From Vulcanimicrobiota bacterium (GTDB lineage: Bacteria > Vulcanimicrobiota > Vulcanimicrobiia > Vulcanimicrobiales > Vulcanimicrobiaceae): a DNA stretch of 64,000 bases. The notes beneath the pieces were generated by a model, which did not search any database, was not told the DNA's origin, and was given only the letters and a program-made list of their open reading frames with translations. The DNA lies in contig CAWJDU010000003.1 of the NCBI GenBank assembly GCA_963841685.1, positions 1,549,936 to 1,613,935 on the forward strand. Direction: 5' to 3'. A program made the translations under genes and the position numbers. Positions 55,523 through 64,000 of this stretch are shown one piece after another. Every line of letters begins with the position of its first letter. The first letter of the stretch is position 1.

Positions 55523-56221
55523 TCAGCTCGTTACGTACGGCTCGTCGCGGAGCAAGTCCGTCGCGACGTGAGTGGCCGGCGCGAGCCATGCAAAGAGCGC
55601 CGTCGCGAGAAACGCGCCGATGACTGCGCAACGATGAATGGCACGACGTCGTGCGGGCGGATGCCGGCGAACGTGTCGGTGAGGGAGCGTGCAAGCGTCA
55701 CCGCGGGATTCGCGAACGACGTCGACGGCGTGAACCAGTACGCCCCGACGATGTACGCTGCGATCGCGAACGGCGCAAGCGCCGGGCGCGACTTCCCGAC
55801 ACCCCATACCACGGCGAGCAGGCCGAACGTCGCGACGATCTCGCTTGCGAAAGCCCGGCCCCGTCGCGCACGTGCGTCGACGGAAGAACGTGGGCAGCGC
55901 GAACATGAGGTCGGCGACGGCGACGCCCGCGATCGCGCCGGCGAACTGCGCGAGCACGTAGCCGGGGACGCGTCGCCACGGCAGACCGCCTCGAGCAGCG
56001 TCGGCAAGCGTGACGACCGGATTCAAGTGCGCGCCCGAGACCGGGCCGAGTGCCAGGATGAGCGCTACCAGCGCTCCGCCGGTGGCGATCGCGTTTACGA
56101 GCAGCGCAAGTCCCACGTTTCCGCCGCAGAAGCGCTGCGCCATGATGCCGGACCCGACGACCGCCAGCAGCAGCATCGCAGTCCCGACGAACTCGGCAGC
56201 CATCGCGCGGAGCGGCTTCAT
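55523..56221 (-). CDS. MIP/aquaporin (AqpS-like arsenite channel)
   Basis: SGAHLNPVV and SFANPAVT boxes; located in the ars operon; ATGA-coupled to arsC. Confidence 0.88.
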   Translation of the reverse strand: MKPLRAMAAEFVGTAMLLLAVVGSGIMAQRFCGGNVGLALLVNAIATGGALVALILALGPVSGAHLNPVVTLADAARGGLPWRRVPGYVLAQFAGAIAGVAVADLMFALPTFFRRRTCATGPGFRKRDRRDVRPARRGMGCREVAPGACAVRDRSVHRRGVLVHAVDVVRESRGDACTLPHRHVRRHPPARRRAIHRCAVIGAFLATALFAWLAPATHVATDLLRDEPYVTS

Positions 56222-56642
56222 CGACACACCTCGACGCACCACGCGCGCACACGACCGGCGATCGCGTCACGCACCGCGCGGGTGCGGGCAGCCGCTCGTC
56301 GTGTGACCCCGTGAACGAAGAGGGATCGGCAAAGCTCCAGTGGAGCCGCTGTCCTACGGTGGGGTAGATCGGGCACGCCTCCGCGCTTGCTTCGTCGCAC
56401 ACCGTTACGACGTAGTCGTACTCGCGTTCGCGAACGCGCGGGTCGTCCACGCTCTTCGTCTCGTTCGACGAGAGGTCGTAACCGATCTCGGCCATCGCGG
56501 CGACGACCATTGGGTTGAGCGTGCCACGCTCGAGCCCGGCACTGCACGCACGCAGCGCGCCATGACACATCACGTTCACGAACACCTCCGCCATCTGGCT
56601 CCGCGCACTGTTGTGGAGGCAGACGAAGAGAACGCTCTTCAC
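56218..56642 (-). CDS. arsC: Thioredoxin-type arsenate reductase (LMWPTP fold)
   Basis: FVCLHNSARSQMAE, TVCD, ACP, HWSFADP. Confidence 0.9.
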
Positions 56643-56833
56643 ATCGAAAAGCGCTTGCAGTGGCGCCCTGCGATGCGTAGCTGCAGGCATCGCTCGGTCT
56701 CGCCGATCGCAAGCTGCGCGCGAGCGCGATCGATTACCGTAGCACGGACGAGCCGCGCGCGAAACCACTCGACGTTCGGCACGTACCCGAACGCCTCGCG
56801 GACCCGAAGGACGAGACGGCGTACCGCATGCAT
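56639..56833 (-). CDS. Small hypothetical protein inside the ars operon (64 aa)
   Basis: ATG start; stop overlaps the arsC GTG (GTGA); fills the arsI-arsC gap; two Cys. Confidence 0.4.
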   Translation of the reverse strand: MHAVRRLVLRVREAFGYVPNVEWFRARLVRATVIDRARAQLAIGETERCLQLRIAGRHCKRFSM

Positions 56834-56855
56834 TACGTTGATCGTTCTGCCGCGA

Positions 56856-57263
56856 TCACGCGCAGCAGTCGCGCGGACGCGACCGCCTCGTCGCGAGCGT
56901 TCGTCTCGGCATGAACGACGTAGGTTTCCCAACGGCGGCCCTCGGGATCTCGGCCCAGACCTTGGTCTGCTTCGCGTAGCAGCATGTCTCTTCGCGCTCG
57001 ACGTCGGTTGGATAGCCAGCGCCGTGAAGTCTCGCGATCTGCGCGTCGACGGCGTCCGTCGAATCGACGACGAGACCGAAGTGCTGGCCGCGCGCCGCAT
57101 CCGCCGACGGATCGAGAGTCGAGCGCGAGCTCGAGCCCGGCTGTTCGGTCACGAACAGCGCGTAGTCAGGTAGCGTTTTGACCGGGTGCGCGTCGAGTAG
57201 CGTCGCGTAGAACGCCACGGCCGCGTCGAGATCGCGCGTCGCGAGGTTGAGATGCACCTTCAT
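56856..57263 (-). CDS. arsI: ArsI/CadI VOC-family metalloenzyme (C-As lyase-like)
   Basis: MKVHLNL, HFG, TCCYAKQTKVW, C-terminal CC. Confidence 0.82.
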   Translation of the reverse strand: MKVHLNLATRDLDAAVAFYATLLDAHPVKTLPDYALFVTEQPGSSSRSTLDPSADAARGQHFGLVVDSTDAVDAQIARLHGAGYPTDVEREETCCYAKQTKVWAEIPRAAVGKPTSFMPRRTLATRRSRPRDCCA

Positions 57264-57591
57264 GCGATCCCCTTTTCGGAATGAGCGAGAGAGCGGCGCG
57301 ATGGAGGCGCTCGCGCGCATCCGCAGCGAGACGATAGTACACCCACGTCCCGCGCCGCTCGCATGTCACGAGTCCGGCTTCACGCAAGATGCGGAGGTGA
57401 TGCGATACCGTCGGCTGCTCGAGCGGCAGCGCATCGGTGAAGTCGCACACGCACACCTCATCCGTCGCGCGTGCCAAGGTCGCGACCATTGCGAGCCGAT
57501 GAGGATCGCTGAGCGCCTTGAAAAGCGCGGCGTCGACGCTCCGGTCCACGGGATCGACCCTTGCCGGCGGACAGCAGCGCTGCATCGACAT
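57260..57591 (-). CDS. arsR: ArsR arsenic-responsive repressor
   Basis: FKALSDP, EVCVCD, QPTVSHHL, RRGTWVYY; N-terminal CC. Confidence 0.9.
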
Positions 57592-57603
57592 ACTTCGATA
57601 TTA

Positions 57604-58317
57604 TCAGGTATATCGGCAAACGTCAATATAGTCAGACGGTTCGTCACCCAGGGGCGCGGCGAGGAGCTCGCGGACGGTTTCGACGTCGATGAGGGCGAGC
57701 GCAGGCAGCACGCGCGCGGCGAGCGACAGCGCGGCCGCATCGGGCGGGTACGCATGATTCGGGATTGCGATCGCCCGCAATCGCGCGGCATGTGCGGACC
57801 GGATGCCCGCCGCCGAATCTTCAACGGCAACGGCACGCGGCGCATCCGCGTGGAGCAGTTCGAGCGCCCGCAGGTAGACATCGGGTGCCGGCTTTCCGCG
57901 AGCCACTTCGTCGGCGGAAACGACGACGGCGAACATCCGATGCCATCCCGCCTTTTCCAACACCGTGTCGGCGACTGCGCGCGTCGCGGACGTCGCAAGG
58001 CTGAGGGTGAACGCCGCCGAGAGCCGCTGAAGAACGTCGTCCGCTCCCGGAAGAATCGGAACGTGCTGCGACACGCGTGCGACGACTCCGTCGACGACCT
58101 CGCGCGCGATCGTGCTCTCCGGTAGACGCACGCCGAGCCGCTCGCGGATGTAGTGCGACCACTCCTCCGTGCGCATCCCGATCATCACGCTCTGCGCGTC
58201 GTCCGTCCAGCGGCCACCGTGCGCCAGGGCGAAGTCACGGCGCACGTCGTGCCAAATCTGCTCGCTTTCGACGAGCGTCCCGTCGAGGTCGAACACGACC
58301 CACGCGCGGCTGTCCAT
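57604..58317 (-). CDS. HAD family phosphatase (subfamily IA)
   Basis: FDLDGTLVES, GKPAPD, VEDS. Confidence 0.9.
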   Translation of the reverse strand: MDSRAWVVFDLDGTLVESEQIWHDVRRDFALAHGGRWTDDAQSVMIGMRTEEWSHYIRERLGVRLPESTIAREVVDGVVARVSQHVPILPGADDVLQRLSAAFTLSLATSATRAVADTVLEKAGWHRMFAVVVSADEVARGKPAPDVYLRALELLHADAPRAVAVEDSAAGIRSAHAARLRAIAIPNHAYPPDAAALSLAARVLPALALIDVETVRELLAAPLGDEPSDYIDVCRYT

Positions 58318-58375
58318 AGCGCGGTGATACGGCGCGATCAGGAGCAGCCTATGCCCAGGCGTCGAAGGTCGCCGC

Positions 58376-58995
58376 ATGAAAGCAGATGTCGCCTCGCCTC
58401 TGCTCGTCTGGTCCGACGTCATTTGACCCTTCTGTTATCTCGGCTCGGTCTGGGTCGAGCAGGCAGCGCAGATGTTGGGCGTTCGTACGCGGTGGCTGCC
58501 TTCGAGCTGCACCCGGACACGCCGCCGCGTGGTGCGCCGAAGCCGTTCAGCGACGCGGAATGGCCCGCGGTCGAGCGGCGTTTGCGCGTGCTCGCGAGCC
58601 GGGTCGGCTTGCCGATCGAGCCGCCGCGGCGGAACGCCAACTCGCGGCTCGCTCTCGAGACCGGCGAACTCGTTCGCGCGCGCGCGGGCGATGAGGCGTC
58701 CGCGCGCTTTCACCACGCGGTATCGCGCGCGTTTTTCGTCGAGGGCGCCGATATCGCCGACGTCCGGCTGATCTCCGAGTACGCCGCGCAACAGGGCGTC
58801 GGCGAAGTCGACGTTCGCGCAGCATGGGCGTCGCACCGGAACGTGGGTGAGGTCGCCAGCTCGATGCACGCCGCGCACCTCGCCGGCGTGCGCGGCGTGC
58901 CGGCTTACGGCTGGGCGGACACGCGTGCGATCAGCGGGATGATGGAACCCGAAGCGATCGTCGACGCCCTGCGGACGACCGCGCGTCGCGACTGA
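58376..58995 (+). CDS. DsbA/FrnE-like thiol oxidoreductase, probable selenoprotein (UxxC); one frameshift near 58500
   Basis: MKADVASPLLVWSDVI-TGA-PFCYLG; FELHPD; NSRLAL; GVRGVP. In-frame TGA at 58424-58426. Confidence 0.8.
58432..58466 (+). promoter_or_regulatory. Bacterial SECIS-like hairpin
   Basis: CTCGGCTC-GGTCT-GGGTCGAG upper stem with CTGTT/GGCAG lower stem; apical loop begins 20 nt after the TGA. Confidence 0.72.
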
Positions 58996-59009
58996 AGCGC
59001 GCCGCGGTG

Positions 59010-60539
59010 CTACTGCGTGATGAAGGAAGGCAGCGACGTCGCGAACGGCGGCCGGCGGTTCGTGCTCGAGCAGCGCTCGGTTCGTAGCCCGGCGACCGAC
59101 GCCGCGCGGATGAACTGCTCCGCCAGCCGCGTCACGCACAGCAGGTCGATCTCGTGCGACGCGTTCGGCACCAGCATCCACTTTGCGTTCGACAGGTACG
59201 GCAGCTCCTCGCGCGCGTACTGGGGCGGCGTCGCCGGGTCGTCCGTGCCCGAGATCAAGAACGCCGGCGCGCTGCTGCGCACCGGCTGCTGAAAGCCGGG
59301 CGACACCGGGCGCACGTTCCAGATTCGGCAGGCGCGCTGCTGCGCGCGCACGCGGGTGTCGCCCTGGAACGAGCCCGCGCTCGTGCGCACGATGTCGCGC
59401 TCCGTGATGAACGGGACGTCGTCGGCGCACGTGATCGAGAGGTTCGCGCCGGCCGGGACTTCGTCGCCGAGCGAACGCGTGACGAAGTCGACCATCGTCG
59501 CGAGGGGACCGTAGTCGCGGTGGTACGCGCGGTCGACGACGAACGGCACGAATCGCGAGCCGTCGGTGCTGTAGAGCGCCTGACGAAGCCGGTCCGCGAA
59601 GACCTCTTTGCTCAGCATGAGCACCGTAGTCACTTTCGTCTTCGGGTCCCCGAAGCGCACCGCCACCGGACCGCGGTCGAACCGGCGCACGAGCGCGGCG
59701 AAGTGCGCTCCGAGGTTAGGGAAGTCGCGCGAGCACTTCGCGTCCGCGGCGCACGCCGCGACCAGATGGTCCATCGCCATCTGCGAGCCCTGCGCGTCCT
59801 CGAGCGGAACCAGCAGGAAGTGCTCCGGCGCGACGCCTTGCAGCAGCAGGCTCTCGACGTGCGAGGGATGCCGCCGCGCGTAGTCGAGGTACAGCTGCGT
59901 GCCGCCGGATCCGCCGCTCAGCGCGATGCGCGGGTACCCAAGAGCGGCGCGAATGTCATCGATGTCGTCGACCGCGTAGTCCGTCGCGTAGAGGCTCAGG
60001 TTTGCATTTTGCGCGAGCTGTGCCCGGCACGCGCGCAACTGCGCGGTCGGCCACAGCTGCATGAAATACGCCGCGCGGTGCGCCGGGGTCCACAGATCGC
60101 AGTTCAGCGCATGGGATTGCCCCATGCCGCGATTGTCGACGAAGACGACGTCGTAGCGGTCGAGCAGCTTCGCCATGTACGGCTCGAACATGCCGTCCGC
60201 CGCGTAGCCGGCCAGCGGAATCGCCGGCGCACCGGGGCCGCCGGGGTTGAAGAAGATCGCGTGGTGCGTCGGCCGCTTCGCCTTCAGGACGACGAACGCG
60301 ACGTCGATGGTGCGTCCCGTTTCCGCGGCACGGTCCTCGAACACGCGCAGCGAGCCGCACAGCGACGGGAGCTTGCGACGGCCCATCACGCAGGGCCGCG
60401 TCCGGAGCGCCGGCGAGGACGTCGCGACCGCCGGCGGCGACGCGCCGCGTTCCGCCTGACCGAGCGCGGGCGTCGCGCCGCGCGCGGACGCCGATACGAC
60501 GACGGCAGCCAGCAGAACGGCGACTCGTACCAGGCGCAT
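59010..60539 (-). CDS. Secreted alpha/beta hydrolase (TAP-like peptidase)
   Basis: Signal peptide, NPGGPG, DNRGMG, GGSGGT, GTDDPATP, SH. Confidence 0.88.
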   Translation of the reverse strand: MRLVRVAVLLAAVVVSASARGATPALGQAERGASPPAVATSSPALRTRPCVMGRRKLPSLCGSLRVFEDRAAETGRTIDVAFVVLKAKRPTHHAIFFNPGGPGAPAIPLAGYAADGMFEPYMAKLLDRYDVVFVDNRGMGQSHALNCDLWTPAHRAAYFMQLWPTAQLRACRAQLAQNANLSLYATDYAVDDIDDIRAALGYPRIALSGGSGGTQLYLDYARRHPSHVESLLLQGVAPEHFLLVPLEDAQGSQMAMDHLVAACAADAKCSRDFPNLGAHFAALVRRFDRGPVAVRFGDPKTKVTTVLMLSKEVFADRLRQALYSTDGSRFVPFVVDRAYHRDYGPLATMVDFVTRSLGDEVPAGANLSITCADDVPFITERDIVRTSAGSFQGDTRVRAQQRACRIWNVRPVSPGFQQPVRSSAPAFLISGTDDPATPPQYAREELPYLSNAKWMLVPNASHEIDLLCVTRLAEQFIRAASVAGLRTERCSSTNRRPPFATSLPSFITQ

Positions 60540-60591
60540 CGACGGTCTCCTAAAATTGACGGAGGTGTGTAGTCATGTATACACTTGCGCC

Positions 60592-61251
60592 ATGCCGATG
60601 TCAATCGCGGGCGGCCCGCTCAAAGGGACGGCCGATCAGATCGCGGACCGCCTTCGCGCCGCGATCGAAAACGGAACGCTCGCGCCGGGCAATGCGCTCA
60701 ACCAAGTCGACCTCGCGGCGCAGTTCGGTTTGAGCCGCATCCCGATTCGCGAAGCGCTCCGCCGGCTCGAAGCCGAAGGCTACATCACCTATCAGCCCAA
60801 CAAGGGTGCGACGGTCGCACCGTCCGTCGAGCCACATGACGTGGCCGAGATCATCGACGTACGTGAGTGCCTCGAGCTGCAGCTGATGCAGCATGCAGCG
60901 CGTAGCATGACCGACGCGGTGCTGCAGAACGCCGCGTCGGCGCTGCGCGCGCTGAACCGGGCGCGCACGGCGGACGAGCTGCGCGGCGCGCACGACCGCT
61001 TCCACGGCGCGCTGTTCGCGGCGGCGCGGCGTCCGCGCACGGCGTCCCTCATCACCGAGTGGCGCTTCCGCATCGACCGCCACGACACCGACGGGTCGCG
61101 CCGTCGCGCCTACGCCCGTGCGACCGCCGACATACACAAGCGATTGCTCGACGCGTGCGCACGCCGCGACGTCCGCGAGGTGAGCGCGTGCGTGCGCAAG
61201 GAGCACGACTACATCCGCACGATCGCTCCGGCACTGATCGACTCGGACTGA
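60592..61251 (+). CDS. GntR/FCD transcriptional regulator
   Basis: LAAQFGLSRIPIREALRRLEAEG; HDRFH. Confidence 0.92.
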   Translation: MPMSIAGGPLKGTADQIADRLRAAIENGTLAPGNALNQVDLAAQFGLSRIPIREALRRLEAEGYITYQPNKGATVAPSVEPHDVAEIIDVRECLELQLMQHAARSMTDAVLQNAASALRALNRARTADELRGAHDRFHGALFAAARRPRTASLITEWRFRIDRHDTDGSRRRAYARATADIHKRLLDACARRDVREVSACVRKEHDYIRTIAPALIDSD

Positions 61252-61309
61252 GGAACCCAAGCCGACGCCGCGCCGAAACTCCGCGCGGGGCCCGGCGTAT
61301 CTAGAGGGC

Positions 61310-62167
61310 GTGTACGCCGAACGCGAAGCGCTCGACACGGATGCGGTCGCGCGCGCGACGGAGTTGCGCCGCTTTCTGCGGTCGCGCCGCGCCCGCCTTG
61401 CGCCCGCCGACGTGGGATTACCGGCCGACGAGCGCCGTCGCGCGCGCGGCTTGCGCCGTGAGGACGTCGCGGAACTCGCCGAGATCAGCGTCGGCTGGTA
61501 CGGCCAGTTCGAGGTGGGCCGCGCGCCGAACGTTTCCGCGCGCACCGTCGAAACGATCGGACGCGTGCTGCGTCTCGACTCGATGGAGACCGCCTATCTC
61601 CTGCGGTTGAGCGGGGTCGTAAGCCCGCCCGACCGCCCCCAGGTTCCGGAGGGCCTTGCGGTCAGCGCGGTCGAGCGCGTTCTCCGCGGCTTTACCGGCG
61701 GCCCCGCGCACGTGTTCGATCGGTGCTTCAACATCGTCGCGGTGAACGACGTCGCGTGCGCGCTTTTCAAAATGGAGCGCGGCGACAACCTCGCGCACAA
61801 GCTCTTTCTCAACGAGGAACGGCGAACGTTTTTCGTCGACTGGGACGAATTTGCCGCGCGCTTCGTCGCCGCGGTCCGGACCCGGTATCCGCAGAGTGCG
61901 GGCGATCCCGAATTCGAGTCCGTGATCGCGGACCTGCGCTCGCAAAGCGCGGAGTTCTCACGGCTGTGGGACGCCGGCCGTCTCGGCAGCACGTTCGGTC
62001 AAATGCTTCGCGTGCGCCCGCAGGGGTCGGACGTCATCACGTTATCGTCCGTCGTGTTTCCGCTTCCGGACACCGCCGAACACATGCTCGTGTTTTCGCC
62101 GCCGGCAGACGACGAAAGTCGGAAGCGCATGGTCGCCATCGTCGAGCGAGGCGCTAATAGACACTGA
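61310..62167 (+). CDS. XRE/MmyB family regulator
   Basis: FLRSRRARLAPADVG, GLRREDVAELA, SAEFSRLW. Confidence 0.92.
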   Translation: MYAEREALDTDAVARATELRRFLRSRRARLAPADVGLPADERRRARGLRREDVAELAEISVGWYGQFEVGRAPNVSARTVETIGRVLRLDSMETAYLLRLSGVVSPPDRPQVPEGLAVSAVERVLRGFTGGPAHVFDRCFNIVAVNDVACALFKMERGDNLAHKLFLNEERRTFFVDWDEFAARFVAAVRTRYPQSAGDPEFESVIADLRSQSAEFSRLWDAGRLGSTFGQMLRVRPQGSDVITLSSVVFPLPDTAEHMLVFSPPADDESRKRMVAIVERGANRH

Positions 62168-62328
62168 GAGTGTCTTCGTCGCCGTCATGCCGGGATCTAG
62201 CATGAGGCCATGATCACGAACGCTTTCACCGCCGGCACCCGCTGAACGAGCAATGTCTTAGGCGCGCGATCCGCGCCCGCCGGCGGTGGCGTACCGTGTA
62301 CGTTCACCCAAATTTCCGGAGAATCTCA

Positions 62329-62571
62329 ATGTTGATGCTCGTCCTGGTGGCCGCGCTCGCGACCGCCTCACCCTCGAACATGCCCTCGAACACATCGCCT
62401 GCTCCCGTCGTCGCTTCGGCCACGACGACGAGCGCTCCCATCATCGCGCAGACCGCGCGTCGCAGCCGCTCGCACCAGAACGTCGGCGTCATGCAGCCCG
62501 GCGGATCGCCGAGCGAAGCCGAGGTGCTCGACGAGCAGGCGCGCCTGCGTCGTCCTCCTCGCCGCGGTTGA
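62329..62571 (+). CDS. Small secreted hypothetical protein
   Basis: GGAG RBS; signal-peptide-like MLMLVLVAALATA. Confidence 0.5.
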   Translation: MLMLVLVAALATASPSNMPSNTSPAPVVASATTTSAPIIAQTARRSRSHQNVGVMQPGGSPSEAEVLDEQARLRRPPRRG

Positions 62572-62588
62572 GCGGCGACGGCGGCGAG

Positions 62589-63078
62589 TTAAAGCAAACC
62601 ACATCCGCTCCGATCGCGAGCTCGGGCCCGGCCCGGGCTCGCGGAGCGTTCGGTGCGTCGTCTAACGTCGCGCCGGCCTGCGCAAGGGCGCATAGAGCGC
62701 GCCGATCGTCCACGAACCTGAAAGCCGCTCGGCGCCGCCGACGCGAACGTCCGGGTGAACGTGTCGAATCCCATGCGCGGGGTTCGCGCCGATTGCACCG
62801 CGCTGCGGAACGCGAGCCAGACTCGCCGGCATCGGTGCGCGGCGCTTCAGCACCACTTCGTCCGTGGCGATCTCGCGCCGAAGCTGCACGAGCGCTTCGT
62901 GCGTTTGCCTCTGCGTCCGGACGCGGTCGACGAGCTGACCAACGGCCGTCGCGAGCACGATCGCGATGACGATCGAAATGATCTCGAGCAGCAGGTCCGA
63001 CGGATTGATCCGAAGCCGTATCCGGCGCGCGCGACGTGATTCGTGGTCCGGATGCTCGTCCGGCTCGACATGCGGCAT
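62589..63078 (-). CDS. Hypothetical single-TM protein (frameshifted)
   Basis: LLLEIISIVIAIVLATAVG followed by a coiled coil. Confidence 0.55.
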
Positions 63079-63166
63079 GCGCGGTTCTCCGCCCGCGTCC
63101 CGTGTTCTCCTGCGATCGTAGCGCCCGGAAAGGCTGCCGCGCATCGTCGCTGAATCGGCCGGGCGT

Positions 63167-64000
63167 TGACTGCCAATCGGTCTCTCGTCGCATACGTCGT
63201 CGCCTTCGTTGCGTTCGACCTCGCCGGCCAGATTCAAAGCGTCGCGATCGCATGGCAGGTCTATACGGTTCGCCATAGCGCGTTCGACCTCGGGCTGGTC
63301 GGGCTCGCGATGTTCTCGCCGTCGCTCCTGTTCGCGCCGATCACCGGGCTCGTCGCCGATCGTGCGGATCGCCGGCGCATCATCGCACTCGCCTCGCTCG
63401 CACAGATCTGCGTGTGCGGCGCGCTCATCCCGCTCGGCGCGCTGCACGGCGTCCGCGCGCTCGCGGTCACGCTCGCCGTGCTGTTCGTCGCCGGAACGGC
63501 GCGCGCGTTCCGGTATCCCGCGTCGGGCTCGTTGCTGCCGCTCATCGTTCCGGCCGAGAACTACGTGCGCGCCAACTCGTCGGCCACCGCGTTCCGTGAA
63601 GTGATCACGATCGGCGGCCCCGCGCTCGGCGGCGTCCTGGTCGCCGCGGGCGCGCCGTCGGCCTACGGCGTCGCGATGCTGACGTTCGCGATCGGCGCGC
63701 GTCGCCGTCGGTACGATGGCGCTCCCGCGGCGCATCGACGCCGGCGCAGCGTTCGCATGGGGCGAAGTCCTTGCCGGCATCCGGTACCTCCGCCGCAGGC
63801 CGGTGCTCTCCGGCGCGATCACGCTCGATCTGTTCGCCGTGCTCTTCGGCGGGGCGACGGCGCTGCTTCCGATCTACGCCGCGCAGATCTTTCACGTCGG
63901 ACCGGCCGGATTCGGCGCGCTCCGAGCAGCCGACGCGTTCGGCACCGCGACGTGCGCGCTGGTGCTCGCGCGGCGGCCGATCCATCGTCACGTCGGACCG
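63167..64000 (+). CDS. MFS transporter (DHA3/EntS-like), truncated by the window end
   Basis: QSVAIAWQVY, GLVADRADRR, GGPALGG, LDLFAVLFGGATALLP. Confidence 0.85.

Noticed and set aside
1-64000. Many frameshifted genes suggesting pseudogenisation or programmed frameshifting
   Set aside because: Essential genes are affected too, and the errors cluster regionally (worst at 44.6-46.4 kb), which fits long-read consensus indels.

Overview
High-GC bacterial chromosomal window, plausibly from a Vulcanimicrobiota/Eremiobacterota-like diderm. That placement is an inference from TonB receptors, 'ACxGGG' lipoproteins and Terrabacteria-type ribosomal and coaD gene context. Indel-type frameshifts are pervasive and hit even essential genes (rplJ, rplL, hisF, coaD), so most broken ORFs are treated as sequencing errors rather than pseudogenes. 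Housekeeping content: five tRNAs (Thr, Arg, Trp, Gly, Cys); rpmG-secE-nusG, rplK-rplA and rplJ-rplL, split into three blocks; hisF, hisIE, recG, rsmD, coaD; fumarylacetoacetase and malate synthase. Accessory content: a decayed integrative remnant at tRNA-Arg followed by three lipoprotein paralogs with a tail-fibre-type Peptidase_S74 chaperone, tandem TonB-dependent receptors, and an ars operon. Best leads: (1) an uncharacterised locus at 36.1-45.3 kb with a BTAD/STAND regulator, lytic transglycosylase, two paralogous proteins sharing an RPWF motif (one with pore-former-like hairpins), Ser/Asp-repeat-tagged M15 peptidase and hydrolase, and a Cys-rich glycosyltransferase; (2) a DsbA/FrnE-like gene with an in-frame TGA in its CxxC site and a well-formed SECIS-like hairpin, i.e. 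a probable selenoprotein; (3) the mosaic S74 lipoprotein trio; (4) a 153-nt nested palindromic element.
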